Below, piece by piece: positions 48,364 to 57,375 of a DNA stretch of 64,000 nucleotides; the first letter of the stretch is position 1, and each line of letters starts with the position of its first letter. Source of the stretch: an uncultured virus (IMG/VR IMGVR_UViG_3300009034_000863) (Duplodnaviria > Heunggongvirae > Uroviricota > Caudoviricetes); the IMG/VR virus record IMGVR_UViG_3300009034_000863; one strand, written 5' to 3'. Both the position numbers and the translations under genes were made by a program. The notes beneath the pieces were generated by a model. That model did not search any database. It was given only the letters and a program-made list of their open reading frames with translations, and was not told the origin of the DNA.

Positions 48364-48990
48364 ATGAAATATCTGTTAGAAGTAGGGTTAGAGCTGGAGT
48401 TATTTTTAATGAAGGATAATCAGATTATAGAGCCTAGTCTATTTGGGTTTCCTTCTGATGAGATGGGATTCTTAATTGAGCTAAGAAGTGAACATTCAAA
48501 TGATCCAGAATTAGTAATGTATTCTCTTGATCATCTGTTGGATTTAGCTGAATTGAAAGCTGATAGTTTAGGATTTAAAATAAATTATGGTCCTAGGAAA
48601 GAAGTAAATCCAGCTTGGATAGAATACATTAGAGAAAAATATAGATTAGATCAATTACCAAACTTTACTAGAAATGTTTATGGGTTCAGACATTCTCATC
48701 ATACTGGATTGTTAGATGGATACGCTACTGCTGGACTTCATGTGCATTTTAGTAAAAGAAAGATAAAAGGGTCAAAAGCCTTTGTTGAATCATTGAAAGT
48801 TATTGATATAGTTAAAGCTATGGATTCTGAGTTCAATGATGCTATCAAGAGAGATAAAAGAATTCATGGAGAATATGAATTAAAGCCTCATGGGTTTGAA
48901 TATAGATCTTTATCTAGTGTAAATTCTCCTCAAGAGGTAGTAGAGGTAGCTCTGAATATTTTAAAAGAAGTAGAAGGAAATGAAAAATAA
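48364..48990 (+). CDS. putative carboxylate-amine (amido)ligase, glutamine synthetase-like fold
   Basis: GLELELF, LIELRS, AGLHVHFS, GFEYRS. Confidence 0.65.
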   Translation: MKYLLEVGLELELFLMKDNQIIEPSLFGFPSDEMGFLIELRSEHSNDPELVMYSLDHLLDLAELKADSLGFKINYGPRKEVNPAWIEYIREKYRLDQLPNFTRNVYGFRHSHHTGLLDGYATAGLHVHFSKRKIKGSKAFVESLKVIDIVKAMDSEFNDAIKRDKRIHGEYELKPHGFEYRSLSSVNSPQEVVEVALNILKEVEGNEK

Positions 48991-49786
48991 ATCTAGAATG
49001 TTTCCATTTATAACCCGTACTTGGAACCCTGAAGGTGGACGTTGTCCTCATAACTGTGTCTACTGTTGGAGTATGGGAGAGAAGGGTCTAGTTAAGAGAT
49101 ATGATATGGAGAAGTATAAGGGAGACCCTTATCTTGTAGAAAAAGAATTGAAAAAGAGATTCAAAGATACTGATTTTGTCTTTATTGAAGATATGTCAGA
49201 TCTTTTTGCTTGGAATGTTCCAAGAGAAGATATACTAAAGATTTTCAAAGTTGTAGAAAATCATCCAAGAACTATATTCCTAACTTTGACTAAGAATCCA
49301 GAAAGATACTTGGGATTTAAAACTGATATCCCTTCTAATGTAATACTAGGAGCAACTATTGAAACTGATAAACAGTTCTGGGGAATCTCTGATGCTCCAA
49401 ACATAGAAGATAGAATGTTCTTCATGTATTGTTTGTCTAAAGATATTCCTAATAAACTATTTATTTCGATAGAACCAATTCTTGAGTTCTCTTTAAAAGA
49501 TATGGTCATAAGATTAGAACTATTAAGAGGGAAACTATGGGGAGTAGCAGTAGGATATGACAACTATGACAATAATCTTCCAGAACCGACTTTAGCGAAA
49601 ACAATGAAACTAATCAAAGAATTAGAAAAAATTGCTAGAGTCTACAGGAAGACATTAAGGAAAAGAAGTAATGCAACAGTTATACGATGTGAGAAATGTC
49701 CTGAAGGGAAAAGGTACATGTGTAAAATAGGCATGTGTGTCTACTGTCCAGAAGAAGCGTTTGAATACATAAAGAAAGAAACTTAA
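48980..49786 (+). CDS. DUF5131 / phage gp37-gp68 radical-SAM-like protein
   Basis: TWNP..GRCPHNCVYCW, DMSDLF, LTKNP, ISIEP. Confidence 0.8.
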   Translation: MKNKSRMFPFITRTWNPEGGRCPHNCVYCWSMGEKGLVKRYDMEKYKGDPYLVEKELKKRFKDTDFVFIEDMSDLFAWNVPREDILKIFKVVENHPRTIFLTLTKNPERYLGFKTDIPSNVILGATIETDKQFWGISDAPNIEDRMFFMYCLSKDIPNKLFISIEPILEFSLKDMVIRLELLRGKLWGVAVGYDNYDNNLPEPTLAKTMKLIKELEKIARVYRKTLRKRSNATVIRCEKCPEGKRYMCKIGMCVYCPEEAFEYIKKET

Positions 49787-49809
49787 AGTACTTAACTGTT
49801 ATTTTATTT

Positions 49810-49883
49810 GGGGTCATAGTTCCAATGGTAGAACAGCTCCGTTGCAGGGAGAAGGATTGTGGGTTCAAGTCCCACTGACTCCA
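49810..49883 (+). tRNA. tRNA-Ala(TGC)
   Basis: Cloverleaf GGGGTCA/TGACTCC with G3:U70, anticodon TGC, T-arm GTGGG-TTCAAGT-CCCAC. Confidence 0.8.
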
Positions 49884-49886
49884 CTA

Positions 49887-49963
49887 GGGGAAGTAGTGTT
49901 AAATGGTTAAAACCTCTGGTTTGGATCCAGAAATTCTAGGTTCGAGTCCTGGCTTCCTCACCA
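49887..49963 (+). tRNA. tRNA-Pro(TGG), encoded CCA
   Basis: GGGGAAG/CTTCCTC, TCTGG-TTTGGAT-CCAGA, CTAGG-TTCGAGT-CCTGG, ACCA. Confidence 0.85.
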
Positions 49964-50100
49964 AGTAGGAGGGATCTTAAAATGAGTGATTGTGATAACT
50001 GTGATAAACCATGTGATGAATGTAGAATGGAAGAGAATTGTTACAGCGTTCATTCATGTGATAGATACCTTAAATGGAGATTTCCAGAGAGGTATAAAGA

Positions 50101-50358
50101 TTGAAATGTAAACATTGTAATGGAACTGGAGAACGACAGTATGGAGAAGGACAGACGATTAAAGTCTGTGATTACTGTAATGGGACAGGAAGAAGGACTC
50201 CAAACACTTATCCAGAAAACAGATTTGGAAAGAAGACTTGTTCATACTGTGAAGGATCAGGGAATGAATATCACAGAATGCAGAAAGGAAGAGGAAAAGT
50301 AATAGGCTTTGCAAGATGTTCTAAATGTGGAGGAACAGGAGAAGTTCAAGATGGATGA
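50101..50358 (+). CDS. DnaJ-type zinc-finger protein
   Basis: Four CxxCxGxG repeats. Confidence 0.75.
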   Translation: MKCKHCNGTGERQYGEGQTIKVCDYCNGTGRRTPNTYPENRFGKKTCSYCEGSGNEYHRMQKGRGKVIGFARCSKCGGTGEVQDG

Positions 50359-50653
50359 AAGAGAAAGAAAATATTGGGACATGAAGAGAGCAGAAGCAGA
50401 AGAATATTTCAGAAATCATCCAGAAGAAATCTATAAGGGAAATGTTCTTTTGGACGTACTTATTGAAAGGATATATAGAATTCCAGATGCCCAGAAGAAA
50501 TTCAGAGAATTCATAAAGAATCATGTTCATATGGGTGTAATTGGTGTTCCCTTCTCAATAGAATGTATCTTCTCAACTATTGGAGAAGATTATATTCTGA
50601 GATGTAGAAGTTGCAAACAACAACTTGATCTAGAGTTGTACAAGAATTGGTAA
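50309..50653 (+). CDS. hypothetical protein
   Basis: C-terminal IG...RC..C...DL...W shared with 54485..54694. Confidence 0.55.
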   Translation: MQDVLNVEEQEKFKMDERERKYWDMKRAEAEEYFRNHPEEIYKGNVLLDVLIERIYRIPDAQKKFREFIKNHVHMGVIGVPFSIECIFSTIGEDYILRCRSCKQQLDLELYKNW

Positions 50654-50895
50654 GAATAGAAAGTAGAAATGTAGAAACCCTAAAAGATTCAGTTAGAATA
50701 GTAGGGAAATTAAGAGGAAAAGAAATAACTTATACTGAAGTAACACTTGAAATGCTGAAAGATCCAGCATTTATTGGAATAGATAAGTTATTACCTTTTG
50801 AACCTTCAACTTCTGATTGGAAATGTAAATACTGTGATTCTTTAAATCCTAAGAATATCTATGAATGTCATACTTGTGGAGCATCTAGAAAATGA
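50647..50895 (+). CDS. RanBP2-type Zn-finger protein
   Basis: WKCKYCDSLN...ECHTCGA. Confidence 0.65.
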   Translation: MVRIESRNVETLKDSVRIVGKLRGKEITYTEVTLEMLKDPAFIGIDKLLPFEPSTSDWKCKYCDSLNPKNIYECHTCGASRK

Positions 50896-51262
50896 GTAAG
50901 TATAAGAAGGCACCAAATTTTCATTGTCATTGCAGAGTTCCAATAAAATTAATTGCTAGAGATGAGTATGGAGAATATTATATCTGTAAATTGTGTGGAG
51001 GTATGATATATGCTACTTCTTAACAATCCAGATTACGATAAACATTCCAAGATATTTGCCATTTGTCTTTTAATAGCTGGAATACTATTCATAGGAACAA
51101 TTATTGCTATAATAAGTAACAGTGATGTAATAATAGAACATCGAATAATTCTTTCTGTTTTCTTTGGAATATTTGTAGTTGGTTTCATAGTGTCTTCATA
51201 TAAGGAATGGATAGAATCAGACAAGGAGGAAAAGAAAACTGGGTCAACTTAAAATTCAAGCT

Positions 51263-51463
51263 ATGAACTGTGGAAATTTCAAGGATAGAGACGAATATAA
51301 TATGAGGACATGTATATTCTGTTACTTCTTTAGTTTCTCAGAATATCTTGATGCAAACTCAGATGGAGAATACAAGTGTTCTCATTACTTAGATATAACA
51401 CTTGAAAAGTGGAAAAAGAGAATGGGAAAGAAAGAGAATGTTGAAAAATGGATTCAATCATAG
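51263..51463 (+). CDS. Cys microprotein with WxQ tag
   Basis: CIFCYFF; EKWIQS. Confidence 0.6.
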   Translation: MNCGNFKDRDEYNMRTCIFCYFFSFSEYLDANSDGEYKCSHYLDITLEKWKKRMGKKENVEKWIQS

Positions 51464-51675
51464 GTGAGAGAATGTCAAATTTCAAGGTAGCAGAAAAATG
51501 TGATATGTTTATTTCTAATTATTCAATAAAATCTTGCACACTATGTCAGAACTTTGATTTCACTAAAGCTATTCTTGATGAGAACAGTTGTGGGTGTGAA
51601 CGAATGAAAGACCTAGATATAGAGATTTTAATAAAAGAAAGAAATAAGAGGAAAGACAAATGGTTTCAAAGTTAA
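51448..51675 (+). CDS. Cys microprotein with WxQ tag (paralog of previous)
   Basis: CTLCQNF; DKWFQS. Confidence 0.6.
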   Translation: MDSIIGERMSNFKVAEKCDMFISNYSIKSCTLCQNFDFTKAILDENSCGCERMKDLDIEILIKERNKRKDKWFQS

Positions 51676-52019
51676 AGAAAGATAAATGGGTACACAAATT
51701 TAATAAAGAAAAGAAATCTAAAAATGATGCAGAAGGAAGACTTACATTTATTGGAATGGATACTGATGGAGTAACAATGATAGTAGAAGATATTAGTGGA
51801 AGAAGACATGCATTGACAGAAATTACTCCTTATGGTGAATATTATAGGGATACTTCAAATCATACTATAGGTACTGGAGACACTATTGAAGTAATTGGTA
51901 ATGTTGGACCAATAAACTTTAGAGATCAATATACAGGAGCTGTAGTTGGTGATAATTTCTTTTATGGAAGTAGAAGACCAAGAGGAGTAGGTAATGAAGA
52001 AGAAGAAGAAGAAAGATAA
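51660..52019 (+). CDS. hypothetical protein with N-terminal DKWVH tag
   Basis: KKDKWVHKF. Confidence 0.6.
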   Translation: MVSKLKKDKWVHKFNKEKKSKNDAEGRLTFIGMDTDGVTMIVEDISGRRHALTEITPYGEYYRDTSNHTIGTGDTIEVIGNVGPINFRDQYTGAVVGDNFFYGSRRPRGVGNEEEEEER

Positions 52020-52254
52020 ATGGGTGCATGATTTCACTAAAAATAAAAGAGTTATTTCATTTCAAGAAGCGAGTCTAATTGATGCTGCAAATAGTTTAAT
52101 GGTACATATGGTTCGAGAAAATGAAGGAATTCCTATGCAAGTAATAGCTGATTACTCTCTTGCTATGGATTCTTTTATTATATATGACAGTCAAGGAAGA
52201 GAAATAGCAAGGAGTACTGCTGAGGAATTAGAAAATGGACAAATGGAAACATGA
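51994..52254 (+). CDS. hypothetical protein with N-terminal DKWVH tag
   Basis: KKDKWVHDF. Confidence 0.6.
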   Translation: MKKKKKKDKWVHDFTKNKRVISFQEASLIDAANSLMVHMVRENEGIPMQVIADYSLAMDSFIIYDSQGREIARSTAEELENGQMET

Positions 52255-52465
52255 TTTTGAAGAGAAGAAATGGAAAGTTATAGGAATCAAACAGATACTC
52301 CAAGGCATTGAAGTATCAGTAGAAAGTCCAGAAGGATATATATTCTCTAATATATTTAATGGAGAATATGATATGAATAATCTTCCAGATATTGCAATTT
52401 ATACTCAAGACAATATAGAACTTGTGAGGGTTAAAAGTGAAGACTTCAGACAAATGGAAACATAA
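52235..52465 (+). CDS. hypothetical protein with N-terminal DKWKH tag
   Basis: MDKWKHDF. Confidence 0.6.
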   Translation: MDKWKHDFEEKKWKVIGIKQILQGIEVSVESPEGYIFSNIFNGEYDMNNLPDIAIYTQDNIELVRVKSEDFRQMET

Positions 52466-52721
52466 ATTCGATAAAGATTGGAATGAGAAAATAGAGAAGA
52501 GATACTTCATACATTCACATCATCGACCAATCATTCAGGTGGATGATCAAGCTATCGGAACAGTAGAATCAGCAACAATTGAAATTGATGATTCTCCGTT
52601 TGTACAATCTTTAAGAGAATTAAGTACAGAAGAATTAGAAAGAGTGAGAAATCGCTTGAGAGATTTAGGAACAATAAGAAGAATAGAGAGACCAAGAGGT
52701 GAAACAAATGAAAGAGAATAA
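52437..52721 (+). CDS. hypothetical protein with N-terminal DKWKH tag
   Basis: DKWKHKF. Confidence 0.6.
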   Translation: MKTSDKWKHKFDKDWNEKIEKRYFIHSHHRPIIQVDDQAIGTVESATIEIDDSPFVQSLRELSTEELERVRNRLRDLGTIRRIERPRGETNERE

Positions 52722-52974
52722 AGATAAATGGAAACATAATGAACCTAAGATTCCATTGTGTCCTGAATGTGATGAGCCACTAGAAGAAATAAATGGGACA
52801 GGCAGATTAACTACTTATTCTGAATATGTTTCTTTCAGAATGAGAAATGATAAATATGAGGAAATAGATAGTGAAGGAGCAGATATCTATGATATCAACG
52901 ATGATGATATGGAATATGAATGTAGAGAATGTGGAGCATCTATTCCTTGGGACATAATATCGAAGTGGATGTAA
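52699..52974 (+). CDS. Zn-ribbon protein with N-terminal DKWKH tag
   Basis: KDKWKH, CPEC...CREC. Confidence 0.65.
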   Translation: MKQMKENKDKWKHNEPKIPLCPECDEPLEEINGTGRLTTYSEYVSFRMRNDKYEEIDSEGADIYDINDDDMEYECRECGASIPWDIISKWM

Positions 52975-52975
52975 T

Positions 52976-53278
52976 ATGAGTACCTATATTGATATTCTAA
53001 AGAGAAGAATTATTCTAAGAGCTACACCAAGACTAAGAAAAGTAAGATGTCCAGAATGTAAGATGTACTCTCTTAAATGGGATACCTTTGAAGGACAGAT
53101 AAAGTTTTTAGATCCTGCTACTCCATGTGTTAGATGCCTAAACTGCGGATTCATCAGATGGACATGCCTAGATAAAGATTACAAGGAAGAATCAGTAATA
53201 TTGAAGAAGCAGATAGCTATCAAAAGAGAACAATTAGAGAAGTCTAGCAGATTTAAAATCTCAATCAGGAAGGCTTAG
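52976..53278 (+). CDS. Zn-ribbon protein
   Basis: CPEC...CLNC. Confidence 0.6.
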   Translation: MSTYIDILKRRIILRATPRLRKVRCPECKMYSLKWDTFEGQIKFLDPATPCVRCLNCGFIRWTCLDKDYKEESVILKKQIAIKREQLEKSSRFKISIRKA

Positions 53279-53656
53279 ATGGTTTTCTATTTTGGAATAG
53301 TTGGGTCCAGAAGATATTTCAATGAAGAAATAGTTAGAGAGACTGTACGAGAACTGTTCACTATTTTTGAGGATGAACTTGGTATAGTCTCTGGAGGATG
53401 TAAAGGAGTAGACAGTTGGGCTGTTGATGAAGCAATTAAGATAGGGGTACCCATAAATCAAATCATAGTATATCGACCTATTCTAATTAACACCAGAAGT
53501 TTCTATGAAATAGTGAAAAGATACTATGATAGAAATAAAAAGATAGCTAAGAGATGTGATTTTTTGATAGCATTTCCAGCTGAAGATAGGAAAGGTGGTA
53601 CTGAAAGTACTATTAAATATGCTAAACAGTTCAATAAACCGATTATGATAAGATAG
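53279..53656 (+). CDS. SLOG-superfamily (DprA/YspA-like) protein
   Basis: GIVGSR, VSGGCKGVD, RN..IA, GGTESTI. Confidence 0.8.
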   Translation: MVFYFGIVGSRRYFNEEIVRETVRELFTIFEDELGIVSGGCKGVDSWAVDEAIKIGVPINQIIVYRPILINTRSFYEIVKRYYDRNKKIAKRCDFLIAFPAEDRKGGTESTIKYAKQFNKPIMIR

Positions 53657-53700
53657 GAGCTTAACGGTTATTTGAACACGGGAACTTAACGGTTAAGTTT
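53653..53700. promoter_or_regulatory. two CTTAAC-G-GTTA(AG) palindromic sites
   Basis: GCTTAACGGTTA and the perfect palindrome AACTTAACGGTTAAGTT upstream of a GGAGGTGA-led gene. Confidence 0.5.
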
Positions 53701-53721
53701 ATGATAAAGGAGGTGAAATGA

Positions 53722-53985
53722 ATGGGTGAAAAATGTGAGGAAACTAGGTCATTAGTGTTAGCAAAATTTGATAATTTAAAAAGAGAACTTGAAATAGCAC
53801 TTGAAGGATTTGCTACTTTAAGGCAGAAGATAGAACCGATACTTGCTCCTAGAGAAGAGAAAGAAGGAGTGGCAGAAGATAGACCTAAGCCATTCAGAAT
53901 ATCAGATCATATTCAAGACGCAATTGATATGGTAATGTCTTTAAATCGTCAGATTGAAGATGTTAAGAAAAGGTTAGAGATCTGA
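53722..53985 (+). CDS. coiled-coil protein
   Basis: Heptad pattern, GGAGGTGA SD. Confidence 0.6.
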   Translation: MGEKCEETRSLVLAKFDNLKRELEIALEGFATLRQKIEPILAPREEKEGVAEDRPKPFRISDHIQDAIDMVMSLNRQIEDVKKRLEI

Positions 53986-53990
53986 AGGAG

Positions 53991-54362
53991 GTGAGTTTGA
54001 TGAATGATAAAGAAATGCAAGAACTTGCTAACAAAATTTTCCAACTTCTGAAAGAACGTATGAAGAAAGCTAAGAAATATTCTAAAGGAGAAACCTTCAC
54101 TTTCAAAGTCACTAAGAACAAGAGAAGCAAAACTTTTCACTTAGGCAATAGGAACTACAATAATATGTTAAGAGGTGGTGGATGTTCCTTTTTTGTAGCT
54201 CCTGATAGGATGGGTGAAGTTCATATAGTACCTTTGTCAGGCATGAGTTATGCATGGGAACTTAAAGAATTTGAGAATTTTGTTGAGCAAGCGGAACTGG
54301 CATTAGAACATGCTAAAAAAATGGAAGAGAATGCTGAGATGAAAGACATTCTAGATCCATAG
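53991..54362 (+). CDS. hypothetical protein
   Basis: 123 aa ORF. Confidence 0.6.
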   Translation: MSLMNDKEMQELANKIFQLLKERMKKAKKYSKGETFTFKVTKNKRSKTFHLGNRNYNNMLRGGGCSFFVAPDRMGEVHIVPLSGMSYAWELKEFENFVEQAELALEHAKKMEENAEMKDILDP

Positions 54363-54371
54363 AAAGAAAAA

Positions 54372-54420
54372 ATCTCAGGACTAAAATATAAGTTAGTTCC
54401 TGAGATCCAAACCTTTTTTT
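54372..54420 (+). terminator. hairpin plus T-tract terminator
   Basis: ATCTCAGGA/TCCTGAGAT followed by CCTTTTTTT. Confidence 0.55.
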
Positions 54421-54974
54421 CTAAACAGAATCTTTAATAGACAAATTAGACTTAGTTTGAACTTGAAGTCAGGAGGAACAAAGAATGAAATCCAAACTTC
54501 TAAACTTGGAAGCCTTGAATGAGATAGAAAAAGATCGATTAGATTGTTTTGTTAGAAAACATAAGAAACACAATGTTACTTCCAACGGTACTAATTTTAC
54601 ATTTGAAATTAGTCCTAATACTATTGGAACAGTTATAATGATTAGATGTTCTTGTGGAGAAGAAAAGAATCTTACTGATTATAGTTGTTGGTAAATCAAG
54701 TTTTAAATTAAAAAGAAATATAAGTCGAGGAGTGGATAAAATGTTAGGAACGATTAAAATGTTATGTCCGCTATGTAGTCATGAAGCATATAGAAGTAAA
54801 TTGAGAAGAGGGGTAGAAAGAATATCTTCTCTGAAGTATTTGTACAAAGTTGGAAATACTAGATTATATTTCTGTGACAGCTGTAAAAGTTTTTACAAGA
54901 AAAGATCATGAGGTCCTTTCACTTGACAGTAAATCTATTTATAGAAGTATTCATATTAAATAAAAGGAATAGAA

Positions 54975-55373
54975 ATGTTAGATAAAAAATCACTAGGAGA
55001 GAACTTTGACAAATTCAATGAAAAGATGAAAGTTATCTCTAAGATGACTCCTAAGAAGTTTGAAAGATGGATAAAAAGTAAAATTGTGGATTATTATGTT
55101 TCAGTTGGAATACCATCTAAGATAGCTAAGAAGTTGTCTGAGAATTTGATTGATAACATTGACTCAATTCTTTCTTATATTCACATGAAATATGACAAAG
55201 AAACTTCAGAAGGATTTTTCAGATCATTGATAGGAATATTAGTACTGACTGAAATTAAAAAGGAGGTTTTAAGTCCTTTTGAACTAGGTACCCTCTCTTT
55301 TATAAACTATTATGATGTAACAGAAACAGAAAAAGAGAAAAGTAAAAAAGAGGATCTAGCCTATATAGATTAG
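54975..55373 (+). CDS. hypothetical protein
   Basis: 132 aa ORF. Confidence 0.55.
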   Translation: MLDKKSLGENFDKFNEKMKVISKMTPKKFERWIKSKIVDYYVSVGIPSKIAKKLSENLIDNIDSILSYIHMKYDKETSEGFFRSLIGILVLTEIKKEVLSPFELGTLSFINYYDVTETEKEKSKKEDLAYID

Positions 55374-55471
55374 GAAGAAAGGATATGTCTGAGATTGTTT
55401 CCGATTTCTGTTCCCACCTCCCTCCAGACATATCCTCTTTAGACTATAAACTAGTAGGAGGAATGTAGATT

Positions 55472-55759
55472 ATGGCAGGAGAATTTGAAAAGAGTATTCT
55501 AGTTACCATTGGTGTTGGTCTATTTGGTTGGGCAACACAACTGCTACAAGCTCAAGAGACATTGCTTTATGGTGTACTTTGTGCATTAGCTGGATTTCTA
55601 TTGATTATGGGTTACACTTTCCTAGTTGAAAGACAAGCAGCTGACAAAGGTTACAGAAAGGCTCTGCAAGATATACATCAGTTGAAAGTAGAGACTCTAA
55701 GGGCAATAGAATGTTGTGAACCAAAGAAAGCAACTAAGACTAAACGAACAAAGAGGTAG
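55472..55759 (+). CDS. two-TM small membrane protein (holin-like topology)
   Basis: Two TM helices and a basic C-terminal tail. Confidence 0.55.
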   Translation: MAGEFEKSILVTIGVGLFGWATQLLQAQETLLYGVLCALAGFLLIMGYTFLVERQAADKGYRKALQDIHQLKVETLRAIECCEPKKATKTKRTKR

Positions 55760-55890
55760 GTACGGGATGCATCCTGACTGCTTGCGTTTCCATTGCTTTG
55801 ATACCCTTTGGTTGGTTATTACTGTTTCAGCAGTGGAATTATCCTCGGCGGAGAAGCGAATATGTCAGGTGTCCGAGATACTTACCTCTT
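55751..55890 (+). ncRNA. intergenic structured RNA closed by a canonical BHB motif
   Basis: AAGAGGTAGGTA/TACTTACCTCTT, CGGG/TCCG helix, bulges ATG and AGA, inner CCTGAC/GTCAGG. Confidence 0.65.
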
Positions 55891-55895
55891 TTTAA

Positions 55896-56273
55896 ATGGA
55901 AGGATCTGGAATGATAAGGACAGGATATATAGCTCAATGGAATAAACTAAAGGAAAAATATCCTGCAGCAACGTTCTTAAGAGTATGTAGACCCTCCATT
56001 CTAGGTCCTTCCAAACAACTTCTCTTTTTTGTAAAGAAGCTAGAGAAAGAAACAGACTCAAGAATGGATGCTTGGGTACAGTCTAATTATGAAGAAAGAT
56101 ATAGACAAGAAATAATGAGTAATGAGAAGGCATTAGAATTGATGAAATTTATAAAGAGAAACTATTCAGGAGAAGATGATATCTTTCTTATGTGTTATGA
56201 GAAGGACTTTCCTTGTCATAGGTTTATACTAAAAGATATGATAGAAAAGATAGGAGATGATAATATTGGTTGA
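55896..56273 (+). CDS. DUF488-like protein
   Basis: LGPSKQLL, YEERY, LMCYE...CHR. Confidence 0.7.
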   Translation: MEGSGMIRTGYIAQWNKLKEKYPAATFLRVCRPSILGPSKQLLFFVKKLEKETDSRMDAWVQSNYEERYRQEIMSNEKALELMKFIKRNYSGEDDIFLMCYEKDFPCHRFILKDMIEKIGDDNIG

Positions 56274-56574
56274 AGTATTAGATGATGGGAGAGTAGAAAC
56301 AGACGCTATAGAGTGGTTATTACTTCCTGAACATTATTTCATGTCTCCAAGATTTGATGATAATGAGGAAGTAATTGAATTAATAGAAGAGTTGAAGAAA
56401 TCGGGTGTTTCTAAAGTAACCATTAGAGAATGGATGGATGTTAATAAAACAAATGGGCTAAGGATTTATGTTCATCCTCAAGAAATGGTAGAAGTCTTAA
56501 AGGCTCTTCTGCATATTCAACCGACTGATTTTATTCAAGTTGAATATAACATATTTGATATCTGGTTTGAATAG
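56257..56574 (+). CDS. hypothetical protein
   Basis: 105 aa ORF. Confidence 0.6.
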   Translation: MIILVEVLDDGRVETDAIEWLLLPEHYFMSPRFDDNEEVIELIEELKKSGVSKVTIREWMDVNKTNGLRIYVHPQEMVEVLKALLHIQPTDFIQVEYNIFDIWFE

Positions 56575-56704
56575 AGGAAACATAGATGATCAAATGTCCT
56601 GTACCTCCAAAGGTGCAATACCACTCACCTCTGTTTTGTTTGGATATTTGTTTCAGGGGCATTCTATTAGTGAATGTCTATTCTAAATCTAGGAGCCAGA
56701 TATA

Positions 56705-57202
56705 ATGGTCATTAAACACCACAAAGATGATGAAGAACAATTAAAGTTAACTGATATGTTAATTGATGTCTTAAATCCAATTGAAGTACTAGATGTTGGT
56801 TGTGGAATGGGATGGAAGTACCCTTGTTTTACAACTACTAAATATATTGGTGTTGATAAGAACAGAAATCATTTAAGACATTTTGATGGAACAAGAATAA
56901 TATGTAGAGGAGAACACTTACCTTTTCCAGACAGATCATTTGACTTAGTTTATTCATGCACCGTTCTTATGTTGAATAAAGATGGTGAGAAGATTATTAA
57001 TGAGATGGCTAGAGTGTCAGCTAACTATTTAGCCTTTATTGAAAGTAGAAGAAAATTAATGTATGGACATAAGCATCCATATAAAGAGATAAGTGAACGA
57101 AATGGATTTGAATTAGTATTTGAAAGAAAGTTTGAAACAGAAAGAAGTCCACTAAGTATGTGGTTATTCAGGAGGAATGAAATTGGGAATAACAAGAATT
57201 GA
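56705..57202 (+). CDS. class I SAM-dependent methyltransferase
   Basis: VLDVGCGMG, GVD, LPFPDRSFDLV, EMARV. Confidence 0.85.
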   Translation: MVIKHHKDDEEQLKLTDMLIDVLNPIEVLDVGCGMGWKYPCFTTTKYIGVDKNRNHLRHFDGTRIICRGEHLPFPDRSFDLVYSCTVLMLNKDGEKIINEMARVSANYLAFIESRRKLMYGHKHPYKEISERNGFELVFERKFETERSPLSMWLFRRNEIGNNKN

Positions 57203-57375
57203 TGGAATATTAGTTGTATGTGATAACTGTGATGAAGAAAAAATGTATTGGGAAAATGCTGAATTCTATGATGCTATAGATATTGATCAGTCATTGGATG
57301 ACCAGTTAAAAGATGAATGGGTTTATAATCAAGAAGAAGATACTGTTTATTGTTTGGAATGTGCCAAAAAGATAG

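Noticed and set aside
50101..50358. dnaJ chaperone gene
   Set aside because: Only the zinc-finger repeats are present; there is no J-domain HPD motif
56572..56686. Possible structured RNA or K-turn before the methyltransferase gene
   Set aside because: Pairing is imperfect and a 39-codon ORF explains the region equally well
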